Below are positions 1 through 8,977 of a stretch of 64,000 bases of DNA, piece by piece (position 1 is the first letter of the stretch; each line of letters begins with the position of its first letter). The notes under the pieces are model-generated. The model had not been told where the DNA came from. It searched no databases and was given only the letters and a program-made list of their open reading frames with translations. Made by a program: the position numbers and the translations under genes. The DNA lies in the NCBI GenBank assembly GCA_016705365.1, contig JADIYI010000008.1, forward strand, positions 559,787-623,786. Direction: 5' to 3'. Origin of the DNA: Gammaproteobacteria bacterium. Lineage in GTDB: Bacteria > Pseudomonadota > Gammaproteobacteria > Pseudomonadales > UBA5518.

Positions 1-51
1 ATTTCCAATGCGCTCGGCGGCAACCCCTACGCCGTGCAACCGCGCCGCTAA
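1..51 (+). CDS. 3' end of an unidentified CDS (partial, runs off window)
   Basis: Frame 1 is open from the window edge to TAA at 49-51 (...ISNALGGNPYAVQPRR*). Too short to assign. Confidence 0.3.
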   Translation: MSNALGGNPYAVQPRR

Positions 52-55
52 GCAG

Positions 56-88
56 CGTGAAGCCGCAGCCTTTCGCTACGGCTTCACG
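56..88 (+). terminator. Stem-loop after the partial CDS (possible terminator)
   Basis: Perfect 10-bp inverted repeat CGTGAAGCCG (56-65) / CGGCTTCACG (79-88) with a 13-nt loop. No U-tract follows, so intrinsic-terminator function is uncertain. Confidence 0.3.
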
Positions 89-114
89 AATTCATCAATG
101 ATCAGGAGTTGTAC

Positions 115-2853
115 ATGAGTGGAACCGGCATGATTTCCGATGGCTTTTCCATCCCGGATGCGCGCGCCGACCATTGGGCCCAGGCAGCGATAGTCGGTCG
201 TGCCTGGGCTGCGGCCGTGGCACGTGGCGAGGACGCCGGGAAACTCTGCGATGCCGCGCGCAGCGCGCTGGCGGAAATCGTCACGCTGGAGGATTTCTTT
301 GCGTTTCCCGGGCTGCGTCTCATGCAGACTCTTCAGGAGCGGCTGCAGGGCGCCGATGCCGGTGGATTTGCCGCGCTGGCCCAGCGTGTCAACGAAGGCC
401 TTGCCTCGGGTGCCTATCGCCATGATGCCGTACTGTGGGAGCCGGGCGAAGAGTCCGAGGTCACCCTGGCGGAATTTCTGCCGCCATCGTTCGATCACGA
501 GGACAGTCACCGCCCCTATTTCGAGGTATTGATCGTCGCCGCGGCCGACACCTCGCATTTCGAGCACAACCGCCGGGAACTCAGGCGCCTGCGCCGCGCC
601 GATGATCCGTTCATCTACGAAGTGCTGCAAGCGGGCAGTTTCGAGGACGCGATCCTCGCGACCCTGGCGAATCCCGACCTGCAGGCGGTCGTGATCGGCG
701 ACGGTTTCGGGTTCCGTTCGAGTCGCGACGCTCCCGGCTTGCGTGAGGCCCTGGCACGCACCAATCCATTCGATCCCGCGGCTCTCGATGTGCGCGACTA
801 CGGGCTCAAGCTGGCCTCGACGCTGAAAAGCCTGCGTCCGGAACTGGATATCTATTTTCTCACCGAGCGCGGGCCGGAACTGCTCGCCGCGCAACCGGAA
901 GCCGAGGCGATCCGGCGCATTTTCTACGGTCGCGAAGAAATCATGGAAATGCACCTGGCCCTGCTCGACGGGGTCGGCGAGCGTTACGAAACGCCGTATT
1001 TCGACAACCTCAAACGCTACAGCCGCAAACCCGTCGGCACTTTTCATGCGCTCCCCGTTGCCCGCGGCAAATCGATTTTCCGCTCGCACTGGATCCGTGA
1101 CATGGGCCAGTTCTACGGCATCAACCTGTTCATGGCCGAATCGTCCGCCACCACCGGCGGACTCGACAGCCTGCTCGAGCCGACCGGCAACATCAAGCGC
1201 GCGCAGGAACTGGCGGCGCGCGCTTTCGGTGCCGAGCACGCCTATTTCGTCACCAACGGCACCTCGACCTCGAACAAGATCGTGCTGCAGGCGCTGCTCG
1301 CCCCCGGCGATATCGTGCTGATCGATCGCAATTGCCACAAGTCGCACCATTACGCCATGGTGCTCTCCGGCGCGCAGCCACTGTATCTCGAGGCCTATCC
1401 GATGACGGCCTACTCGATGTACGGAGCCGTGCCGCTGCGCGCCATCAAGCAGGCCCTGCTGGCATTGAAAGCCGAAGGCAAGCTCGACCGCGTGCGCATG
1501 GTGGACCTGACCAACTGCACCTTCGACGGCCACATGTACAATCCGCGGCTGGTGATGGAGCAGTGTCTGGCGATCAAGCCCGATCTGATTTTCGTGTGGG
1601 ACGAGGCCTGGTTCGGCTTCGCCCGTTTCTCGCCTTTCCATCGCCTGCGTACCGGGATGTTCGCGGCCGCCGCACTCGGACAGCGTTATGCCAGCGCTGC
1701 CTACCGGGAGGAATATGCGGCGTTTCGCGCCGAGGCCGGTGAACTCGACCCGGCGGACCCGCGGCTGCTCGACATGCACCTGCTGCCGGATCCGGATCTG
1801 GTGCGCATCCGCGTCTATGGCACCCAGTCGACCCACAAGTCGATGTCCGCGCTGCGCCAGGGTTCGATGATCCTGGTACACGATCAGGACTTCGCGCAGG
1901 TGCACGGCGCGTTCGAGGAAGCGTTCTTCACGCATACCTCGACCTCTCCGAACCTGCAGATCATTGCCTCGCTCGATCTGGCGCGCCGGCAGATGGAACT
2001 CGAAGGCTACGGCCTGGTGTCGCGCTCGACCGATCTCGCGTTGCGCATCCGCCGCCAGGTCAATGGCAACCCGCAGATCGCGCAATACTTTCGCGTGCTC
2101 AGCCCGGAGGAGATGGTGCCCGCCGCGCATCGCGCATCGGGCATCCGCGACTACGGCCCGCCGCACGGCAACTGGCAACAGATGGCGAGCGCCTGGAATC
2201 ACGACGAGATTGCACTCGATCCGACCCGCCTGACCCTGGTTTGCGGCACGGCCGGCTACGATGGCACCGCGTTCAAGGGCTTGCTGGCCGAGCGCTATGA
2301 CATCCAGCTCAACAAGACCTCGCGCAACAGCATCCTGCTGCAGACGAATATCAACAACACGCGCAGCGATGTAGCGCATATCGTGCGCGTGCTGGCCGAA
2401 ATCGCCCGCGATATCGACAAGCAACTGCGCCGTGGCGGCGCGGCCGCGCGGGCAGAATTCGCGGCAAGAGTAAAAGCACTGATGGAAGACGTGCCGGACC
2501 TGCCGAACTTCAGCAGTTTCCATGATGCGTTTCGCGAGGATCCGGGCAGCGCGACCACCGAGGGTCATATGCGCGAGGCTTTCTACAGCGCCTATCGCGC
2601 CGACCAGTGCGAGTATCTGGCGGTGAATTCGCCGGAAATGGACCGCCGTCTGGAGCAGGGGCCGCAGGTCATCGCCGCCGATTTCGTGATTCCCTATCCA
2701 CCCGGATTTCCGATCATGGTGCCCGGGCAGGTGATCACGGCCGATACCATCACCTTCATGCGCGAGCTGGATGTCAAGGAAATCCACGGCTACCACGCCG
2801 CCCAGGGACTGCGCATACTCAAACCGGAAGTACTCGCGGCGCGCAAGCGCTGA
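115..2853 (+). CDS. PLP-dependent Orn/Lys/Arg decarboxylase family protein with extra N-terminal region
   Basis: Long ORF. AGGAG at 104-108 favours ATG 115 over TTG 109. Major-domain motifs FHALPVARGKS, YFVTNGTSTSNK and the PLP-lysine motif GTQSTHKSMSAL are present. A CheY-like wing segment is visible (YFEVLIVAA...AVVIGDGF). G/C-dominated third codon positions. Confidence 0.9.
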   Translation: MSGTGMISDGFSIPDARADHWAQAAIVGRAWAAAVARGEDAGKLCDAARSALAEIVTLEDFFAFPGLRLMQTLQERLQGADAGGFAALAQRVNEGLASGAYRHDAVLWEPGEESEVTLAEFLPPSFDHEDSHRPYFEVLIVAAADTSHFEHNRRELRRLRRADDPFIYEVLQAGSFEDAILATLANPDLQAVVIGDGFGFRSSRDAPGLREALARTNPFDPAALDVRDYGLKLASTLKSLRPELDIYFLTERGPELLAAQPEAEAIRRIFYGREEIMEMHLALLDGVGERYETPYFDNLKRYSRKPVGTFHALPVARGKSIFRSHWIRDMGQFYGINLFMAESSATTGGLDSLLEPTGNIKRAQELAARAFGAEHAYFVTNGTSTSNKIVLQALLAPGDIVLIDRNCHKSHHYAMVLSGAQPLYLEAYPMTAYSMYGAVPLRAIKQALLALKAEGKLDRVRMVDLTNCTFDGHMYNPRLVMEQCLAIKPDLIFVWDEAWFGFARFSPFHRLRTGMFAAAALGQRYASAAYREEYAAFRAEAGELDPADPRLLDMHLLPDPDLVRIRVYGTQSTHKSMSALRQGSMILVHDQDFAQVHGAFEEAFFTHTSTSPNLQIIASLDLARRQMELEGYGLVSRSTDLALRIRRQVNGNPQIAQYFRVLSPEEMVPAAHRASGIRDYGPPHGNWQQMASAWNHDEIALDPTRLTLVCGTAGYDGTAFKGLLAERYDIQLNKTSRNSILLQTNINNTRSDVAHIVRVLAEIARDIDKQLRRGGAAARAEFAARVKALMEDVPDLPNFSSFHDAFREDPGSATTEGHMREAFYSAYRADQCEYLAVNSPEMDRRLEQGPQVIAADFVIPYPPGFPIMVPGQVITADTITFMRELDVKEIHGYHAAQGLRILKPEVLAARKR

Positions 2854-2888
2854 CGGGTAGTTGGCATCGCAGGCGGGAGACACAATCA

Positions 2889-4583
2889 ATGTGGCAGTGG
2901 TTCGCGGATACCTTGCGGAGCAATCCCGAGATCGCGATATTCCTCACCCTCGGACTTGGCTTCTGGGCGGGGAAATTCAAGTTCGGTTCGTTCAGCCTGG
3001 GAGTCGTGACCAGTACCCTGCTCGCGGGTGTGCTCGTTGGCCAGCTCGGCATCACGATCTCTGCCCACGTCAAATCCACGTTCTTTCTGATGTTCCTGTT
3101 CGCGGTGGGATATGGCGTCGGACCGCAGTTTTTCCGTGGTCTGAAGGGTGACGGTGTTCCGCAGGTATTGTTCGCGCTGATGCAGTGCGTGGCGGTGCTG
3201 CTTACCGCGGCAGGCGTCGGCTATCTGCTCGGCTACGACGCCGGCGGCACGGCTGGCCTGCTGGCCGGTGCCAGCACCATCTCCGCGGTACTCGGCGTCG
3301 CCACCGACAGCATCAACCAGCTCGCGCTCGACGCCTCCGGGAAGAAGGCGATGCTCGATGCGATGCCGGTTGCCTACGCGGTGACCTACCTGTTCGGCAC
3401 CGCCGGGTCGGCGTGGCTTCTCGCCACCCTCGGGCCGAAGATCCTCGGCGTGGATATCGCCGAGGAGTGCCGCAAGTACGAGGCCGAGATGGGCGGTGCG
3501 CTGGCCGACGATCCCGACCGTCTTTCCGGTTACACGACATTCGTGTTGCGTGCTTACCGGCTCACCGACCCGAGCTGGGTCGGGCGCACGGTCGCCGAAT
3601 TCGAGGCCAGCTTCGTCGGCCAGAGAGTGTTCGTCGAGCGTCTGCGCCAGGACGGTGAACTGCTCGATCCGGCTCCCGAGCTGGTGCTGCGACAGGACGC
3701 GATCATCGCCATCGCCGGGCGGCGAGAGGTCGTGCTCGAGCGCGCCCTGCAGCTTGGCGTCGAAGTCGATGACCGCGAGTTGCTCGACCTCGAGATCGAG
3801 CGGCTCGACGTCGTGATCACGCGCAAGGAGGTTGCCGGCCTGTCGCTGCAGGAACTCGCGACCGGCGGGCTCGGTGACAACCTGCGCGGTGTGTTCTTGC
3901 GCAAGATCCTGCGCACCGGGGTCGAGATGCCGATCACCATGGGCTTCAGGCTGGAGCGTGGCGACACGCTCACGCTGGTGGGTCCGCGTACCCACGTCGA
4001 TCGCGTGGTGCCGCAGATGGGCTATGCCGATCGTCCCACCGACGAGACCGATATGGTCGTGATGGGTGCGGGTATCGTGATCGGTGCGCTGATCGGCGCG
4101 CTGACATTCCGCCTCGGCGGCGTGCCTCTCAGCCTGAGTACCAGTGGCGGTGCGCTGATCGCGGGGCTGGTATGCGGCTGGTTGCGTTCCGTGGATCGTA
4201 CCTATGGCCGCATCCCCGGCCCGGCTTTGTGGGTGTTCAACAATATCGGGTTGAATGTTTTCATTGCAGTGGTGGGCATCAGCGCCGGCCCGGGGTTCGT
4301 CGCCGGACTCAAGGCGCAGGGTCTCGAGCTGTTCCTCGCCGGTATCGTGGTGACCACCGTACCCCTGATCATCGGCCTGCTCGCCGGGAAATACCTGTTT
4401 CGCATGAAGGCGCCGATCATCCTCGGCGCCTGTGCCGGCGCACGCACCACCACGGCCGCGCTCGGCGCAATCGAAGAGGAGGCGAAGAGCAAGGTTCCGG
4501 CCCTTGGCTATACCGTGACCTATGCAGTCGGCAATACGCTGCTGACCGTGTGGGGCGTGGCAATCGTATTGCTGATGAGCTGA
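2889..4583 (+). CDS. AspT/YidE/YbjL (AAEx, aspartate:alanine exchanger) family transporter with two central RCK_C/TrkA-C domains
   Basis: ATG at 2889 (MWQWFADTLRSNPEIAIFLTLGLGFWAGKFKFGSFSLG...) lies 35 nt after the decarboxylase stop. The ORF-track start at 2607 overlaps the decarboxylase and is rejected. Hydrophobic halves flank two soluble RCK_C-like segments. About 564 aa, as for YidE/YbjL. Confidence 0.85.
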   Translation: MWQWFADTLRSNPEIAIFLTLGLGFWAGKFKFGSFSLGVVTSTLLAGVLVGQLGITISAHVKSTFFLMFLFAVGYGVGPQFFRGLKGDGVPQVLFALMQCVAVLLTAAGVGYLLGYDAGGTAGLLAGASTISAVLGVATDSINQLALDASGKKAMLDAMPVAYAVTYLFGTAGSAWLLATLGPKILGVDIAEECRKYEAEMGGALADDPDRLSGYTTFVLRAYRLTDPSWVGRTVAEFEASFVGQRVFVERLRQDGELLDPAPELVLRQDAIIAIAGRREVVLERALQLGVEVDDRELLDLEIERLDVVITRKEVAGLSLQELATGGLGDNLRGVFLRKILRTGVEMPITMGFRLERGDTLTLVGPRTHVDRVVPQMGYADRPTDETDMVVMGAGIVIGALIGALTFRLGGVPLSLSTSGGALIAGLVCGWLRSVDRTYGRIPGPALWVFNNIGLNVFIAVVGISAGPGFVAGLKAQGLELFLAGIVVTTVPLIIGLLAGKYLFRMKAPIILGACAGARTTTAALGAIEEEAKSKVPALGYTVTYAVGNTLLTVWGVAIVLLMS

Positions 4584-4637
4584 GCCGGAGGCGAGAGTTG
4601 CAACTGATTTTTTGATCGTAAATCCAGGAGTCCCAAC

Positions 4638-6023
4638 ATGAAAGAACTGATATTGCCGCATCGCGGAACGGTTTCCCGCCCCCACGCAGCCCTCGCGGTG
4701 ATGTTGTCGGTGCTTGCGCTGCCATTGTCGGCCCACGCCGACGATGTCGCGGACCTGAGACGCGAGCTCGAGGCCTCGCGCGCCGCGATCGAGCGCCTGG
4801 AACAGCGCATCCTCGATCTCGAATCCGCGCGCACGGCTCCCGCCGCCGCAGCGATGGCTCCGGCCGTTGCCACGGCGCCGGCAGTAGCGCCGGCAGCCGC
4901 GACGCAGCCCTCCAACGATGCCAAACTCGATGTCTACGGTTTCGTGCAGCTCGACACGATCTACGATTTCAATCAGTCCGACCCCAACTGGAAGGACGCG
5001 CTGCGCGTCTCGAAGATCCCGATCAACTGCCCCGACGACGCCGGCTGCGGCAAGGATGGCGAGACCGTTTTCGGGGTGCGCCAGACACGCATCGGCGTGC
5101 GCGGCAAGATCCCGACGGAAATTGGCGAGCTGAACACCAAGCTCGAATTCGAACTGTTCGGCGTAGGTGCCGACGAAGGGAAGACCACGCCGAGGCTGCG
5201 CCATGCCTGGGCGGAGCTCGGCGAATTCGGCGCCGGCCAGACCTGGTCGCTGTTCATGGATCCGGACGTGTTCCCCAACACCATCGAGTACTGGGGTCCG
5301 ACCGGCATGATTTTCGTGCGTAACCCGCAGCTGCGCTGGACGCCGTACCGCACGGCAGGCCAGCAGTTTGCGATCGCCCTGGAATCGCCGTCCTCGGCAC
5401 TGGACACCGGCAAGATCTCCGACATCGACCCCGACGATAACCCGCTGTCGATCCAGAGCGAGAACAACCTGCCCGACCTGACCGCGCAGTGGCGCTCGAG
5501 CGGTGACTGGGGCCATGTGCAACTGGCCGGCATCGTGCGCTCGGTGGGATTCGAGACCGCCAACACCGCCAATGGCAATCCCTCGGGCGAGGAAACCGGC
5601 TGGGGCTTGAATGGCAGCGCCAGCATTGCGGTCACCGGACGCGACAAGCTGCACCTGCAGCTCGCCTATGGCGAGGGCATCGCGAGTTATATCAACGATG
5701 GCGGCAGCGACCTTGCACCGAACGACGATCTCACGGGTGCGGAACTGCTTCCGTTGCTGGGCGCACTTGCCTATTACGACCACTACTGGAGCGAGCGCTG
5801 GAGCAGCAGCATCGGCTGGAGCATCGCGGAACAGGACACCACCCGAGGACAGTACGGCAGCGCCTACGAAAGCGCGCAGTATGGCAACCTGAACCTGTTG
5901 TACTATCCCGCGCCGGGGATCATGATCGGTGGCGAGCTGATGTATGGCGAACTGGAGCTGAAGGACGGCAGCACGGCCGATGATACGCGCATGCAGATGT
6001 CCTTCAAGTACAGCTTCGACTGA
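4638..6023 (+). CDS. DcaP-like trimeric outer-membrane porin (signal peptide, N-terminal coiled coil, beta-barrel)
   Basis: AGGAG at 4626-4630. Signal peptide ends ...LSAHA/DD. Heptad-like DVADLRRELEASRAAIERLEQRILDLESA, then an Ala/Pro linker, then alternating aromatic beta-strand pattern (KLDVYGFVQLDTIYDF ... MQMSFKYSFD). Confidence 0.6.
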   Translation: MKELILPHRGTVSRPHAALAVMLSVLALPLSAHADDVADLRRELEASRAAIERLEQRILDLESARTAPAAAAMAPAVATAPAVAPAAATQPSNDAKLDVYGFVQLDTIYDFNQSDPNWKDALRVSKIPINCPDDAGCGKDGETVFGVRQTRIGVRGKIPTEIGELNTKLEFELFGVGADEGKTTPRLRHAWAELGEFGAGQTWSLFMDPDVFPNTIEYWGPTGMIFVRNPQLRWTPYRTAGQQFAIALESPSSALDTGKISDIDPDDNPLSIQSENNLPDLTAQWRSSGDWGHVQLAGIVRSVGFETANTANGNPSGEETGWGLNGSASIAVTGRDKLHLQLAYGEGIASYINDGGSDLAPNDDLTGAELLPLLGALAYYDHYWSERWSSSIGWSIAEQDTTRGQYGSAYESAQYGNLNLLYYPAPGIMIGGELMYGELELKDGSTADDTRMQMSFKYSFD

Positions 6024-6031
6024 GGGTGCGG

Positions 6032-6060
6032 GGCTGATGCCGGCACGCCGGCAATCAGCC
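6032..6060 (+). terminator. Imperfect hairpin after the porin gene
   Basis: GGCTGATGCCGG / CCGGCAATCAGCC pair with one bulge, 9 nt after the stop codon. No U-tract. Confidence 0.3.
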
Positions 6061-6151
6061 TGATATCGGCATCGCCGTGCGATCGCGCTCCTTTGTGCAT
6101 GTTCGCGTCGCAGCCACCCGGTTTGGTAACTCCCGGTAATCGATGGGGTAA

Positions 6152-7816
6152 GTGAAAGTGCAATCAGGATCGTTGGTGATCGATTTTCTGCGGACCAACC
6201 CCGTCTTTACCCTGTTCATCATTCTTGGCGGTGGTTATCTGCTGGGGCGGTTGCGCATCGGGCCGGTTTCGCTCGGGCCCGTCGCCGGCGCGCTGCTCGT
6301 GTCCCTGGTGTTCGGGCAATTCGGGTTCAAGGTCAGCGAAGGTGCCCAGTCCGTAGGTTTCGCGCTGTTTATTTTCGCGGTTGGCTACCAGGCGGGGCCG
6401 CGCTTTTTCGAAGTGCTGAAAACCCAGGGGCTGCAGTACCTGGCGCTGGCACTGTTCGTGGCCGGTACCGGCGGAGCCATTGCGATCGCGGCCGGCCGGC
6501 TGCTCGATCTGCCTTTTGGTGGCACGGCGGGACTGCTCGCCGGCGCGATGACCACTACCCCCACGCTCGCTGCGGCGCAGGACGCGGTCCGTTCGGGCAT
6601 CGTGGCGCTGCCCGAAGGGGCAAGCGCGGACAGCGTGCTCGCCACTATCGCCTCGAGCTATGCGATCACCTATATCGTGGGTCTGCTTGGCATCATTGCG
6701 ACGATACGCATGCTGCCGCGCGTGGTCGGCGTCGACCTGGCCGCGGAAGCGGCAAAGATGGAAGAAGCGGGCAAACCGCAGCGTGGCGGTCAATTGCAGG
6801 CACGCGCCTATCGTGTCACCCGCCCCGAGGCATGCGAGCCCACGGTCAGGATGATTCGCGCCCGCTTCTGGGACGCGATGTCGGTCACGAAGTTGTTGCG
6901 CAACGGCGAATGGGTGCGTCTCGGCGACGATGAGCACCTGCAGCTTGGCGACGAGCTCCACGCTTATGGTGACTCGAGCTTTTTCCGCGGTGGAGTCGAA
7001 GAACTGGGGGAAGAAATTCCCGTTTCGCCCGAAATCGACATGTCTGCGGACTATACCCACGTCGTCATCGCGCGCCGTGGCGCGGTCGGCAAGACGATCG
7101 CGGAACTCAATCTCGCGCGCAACCACGGACTCGTCGTCACCGAGGTGCGGCGTGATGGTGTTCGGCTTCCGCTCAGCAGTCACCTGCGTCTGCAGCGCAG
7201 CGATGTGCTGAGCGTGGCAGGACCCAAGCCGGGCTTGCGAGAGATGCAGGAAGTCCTCGGCCCGGTGGAGTCGGGCATTGCCGAGACTGATATGGCGACG
7301 TTTGCGTTTGGCATTGCGCTCGGTGCCCTGATCGGCGTTTTCGCCATCAATGTGGGCGGGGTGCCGATCGGACTGGGCATGGCCGGGGGCTTGCTCGGCT
7401 CCGGGATTTTCGTGGGCTGGTTCAATGCCATTCGGCCGACCTTCGGCAGGTTTCCCGAGGCCGCGCGGTGGATACTGATGGAATTCGGGTTGATGATCTT
7501 TATCGTTGGCGTCGGCTTGCAGGCCGGTGGCCAGATCGTCGCGACTTTTGCAAAAGCGGGCCCGGCGCTGGTCCTGGCCGCGATCCTGGTGGTCGCGGGA
7601 CCAGCCCTGCTCGGTTATGTCTTTGGTCGCAAGGTGTTGCGCCTGCATCCGGTGCTGCTGCTTGGTGCGCTCACCGGTGCGATGACCAGCGCGGCCGCCA
7701 TGGCGCTGGTCAATCGCGAGGCAAAGAGCGCGATACCGGCACTTGGTTATACCGGAACCTACGCCTTCGCCAACGTGATCCTCACGGTCGCCGGCACGCT
7801 GATCATGTTCGTATGA
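6152..7816 (+). CDS. Second AspT/YidE/YbjL (AAEx) family transporter paralogue with RCK_C domains
   Basis: 554-aa ORF with a GTG start (6152 or 6158; uncertain). Same architecture as 2889-4583 (LGGGYLLGRLRIGPVSLGPVAG...; FAVGYQAGPRFF; C-terminal GYTGTYAFANVILTVAG mirrors GYTVTYAVGNTLLTVWG). Confidence 0.85.
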   Translation: MKVQSGSLVIDFLRTNPVFTLFIILGGGYLLGRLRIGPVSLGPVAGALLVSLVFGQFGFKVSEGAQSVGFALFIFAVGYQAGPRFFEVLKTQGLQYLALALFVAGTGGAIAIAAGRLLDLPFGGTAGLLAGAMTTTPTLAAAQDAVRSGIVALPEGASADSVLATIASSYAITYIVGLLGIIATIRMLPRVVGVDLAAEAAKMEEAGKPQRGGQLQARAYRVTRPEACEPTVRMIRARFWDAMSVTKLLRNGEWVRLGDDEHLQLGDELHAYGDSSFFRGGVEELGEEIPVSPEIDMSADYTHVVIARRGAVGKTIAELNLARNHGLVVTEVRRDGVRLPLSSHLRLQRSDVLSVAGPKPGLREMQEVLGPVESGIAETDMATFAFGIALGALIGVFAINVGGVPIGLGMAGGLLGSGIFVGWFNAIRPTFGRFPEAARWILMEFGLMIFIVGVGLQAGGQIVATFAKAGPALVLAAILVVAGPALLGYVFGRKVLRLHPVLLLGALTGAMTSAAAMALVNREAKSAIPALGYTGTYAFANVILTVAGTLIMFV

Positions 7817-7864
7817 GGGGCTGCGGCAACTGATCCGCGGCCATGCCGTACCGTGGATGGCACA

Positions 7865-8932
7865 TCAGTTACCGGCTGCTCTTATCTCGCTTGCCAGTTG
7901 CACCAGCTCGCCGGGCGACACGAAACTCTGGGCACGCAGCTCGCCGCCGTACTTGTGCACGACCTCCCTGAAATGGCGCTCCCAGACGTTTTCGAACAAA
8001 ACGATGATCGCGGTGTGATCCGGAAGCAACTTCGCTGCTATCGAATGAATGTCATCCACCGTCAGACCGAAATCGCCCGCTGCGGCAGCACGGATTGCAG
8101 ATTCGATGTGGTCGGCCGTGGACTCCGCGGCACCTGCCCGGCGGCTCGCGATCATGGCCAGCAGCGCGTTGATTTCCGGTGCGTCGTCGGCGTTCTCGAG
8201 CCGGCCGCCCTCCATCGCCGAAATTTTGCCGTTGGCATCCTTGCTCACCAGCACGAACGCATCCGGCCTGACTTCGCTGCTGGCCCAGAGCTCGCGCAGT
8301 TCGTCCATGAAATCGAACGGCAACAGCACGCCCGGAAAGTGCGTCACCATCAGGTTGAGCGAGCCCAGTTTGCCGAAGTCCATGCGCGGCAGCGCGGCGG
8401 GTGTCGTCGCTACTGCTGCCGGGCGTTCGCCGCGAATGAAGATGCCGAGATGATCGAGCACCGGGTTTGCCGCGGCCTCGCCACCCATGATCTGGTGCCA
8501 GTGCCGTTCGAATGTCTCGCGGGGAACAAAGGCCTTGCCCATGCGCAGGTAGGGATCCTGGAAATACACATGCTCATCGTCCACGCCGAGCACGACGATG
8601 TAATGGCCGTTGTCCCAGTCTTCCTCCGGGCGCAACGCGGAGCTGCGCTGACTGCGCCAGACCTGGGCCAGCGCGATCATCGGGTGACCAAAACGCCGGA
8701 CCTCGTCGAGGCTGAGGTTATCGCGCAGTTCCGCCTCGAGGCCCAGCGCCCGCACGCCGCGCACGATGTTCTCGGGATAGGAGCCGACGTCGGACGACGT
8801 GCCGATCAGCTTCATGATCGCGGTCTCGTCGAGCTCGCGCCCCCAATAGCCCAGTACCGCCTGCAGCGCCGATGCGCCGCAGGAATACTCGGTGATCTGG
8901 CGCGTTCTGGACAGCAGCTGGAAATTGCTCAT
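7865..8932 (-). CDS. C39-like (papain-fold) cysteine peptidase domain fused to a C-terminal domain of unknown function
   Basis: N-terminal triad-like motifs: EYSCGASALQAVLGYWG (Cys), WDNGHYIVVLGVDD (His), YFQDP (Asp). The C-terminal ~150 aa (LNLMVTHFPG...FVLVSKDANGKISAMEGG...AIIVLFENVWERHF) recalls a DUF6325-type domain. That recollection is unverified. Confidence 0.7.
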   Translation of the reverse strand: MSNFQLLSRTRQITEYSCGASALQAVLGYWGRELDETAIMKLIGTSSDVGSYPENIVRGVRALGLEAELRDNLSLDEVRRFGHPMIALAQVWRSQRSSALRPEEDWDNGHYIVVLGVDDEHVYFQDPYLRMGKAFVPRETFERHWHQIMGGEAAANPVLDHLGIFIRGERPAAVATTPAALPRMDFGKLGSLNLMVTHFPGVLLPFDFMDELRELWASSEVRPDAFVLVSKDANGKISAMEGGRLENADDAPEINALLAMIASRRAGAAESTADHIESAIRAAAAGDFGLTVDDIHSIAAKLLPDHTAIIVLFENVWERHFREVVHKYGGELRAQSFVSPGELVQLASEIRAAGN

Positions 8933-8977
8933 GATTCACGCTCCCGGACAATCAATTTGAGAATATAGGCAAAGGCC

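Noticed and set aside
2607-2888. N-terminal 94 codons of the 658-aa track ORF (start at 2607)
   Set aside because: This stretch overlaps the 3' end of the decarboxylase in another frame and is Arg/Gly-rich. The conserved transporter sequence begins at ATG 2889.
76-2889. 937-aa minus-strand ORF covering the whole decarboxylase locus
   Set aside because: It is antisense to a gene with unmistakable PLP-decarboxylase motifs. The product is Arg/Ala/Gly/His-rich with no motif. This is the typical stop-poor shadow frame of GC-rich DNA.
2886-5783. 965-aa minus-strand ORF spanning the AAEx transporter and most of the porin gene
   Set aside because: It crosses an intergenic region and two well-supported plus-strand genes. 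The composition is low-complexity and Arg-rich. It is a shadow ORF.
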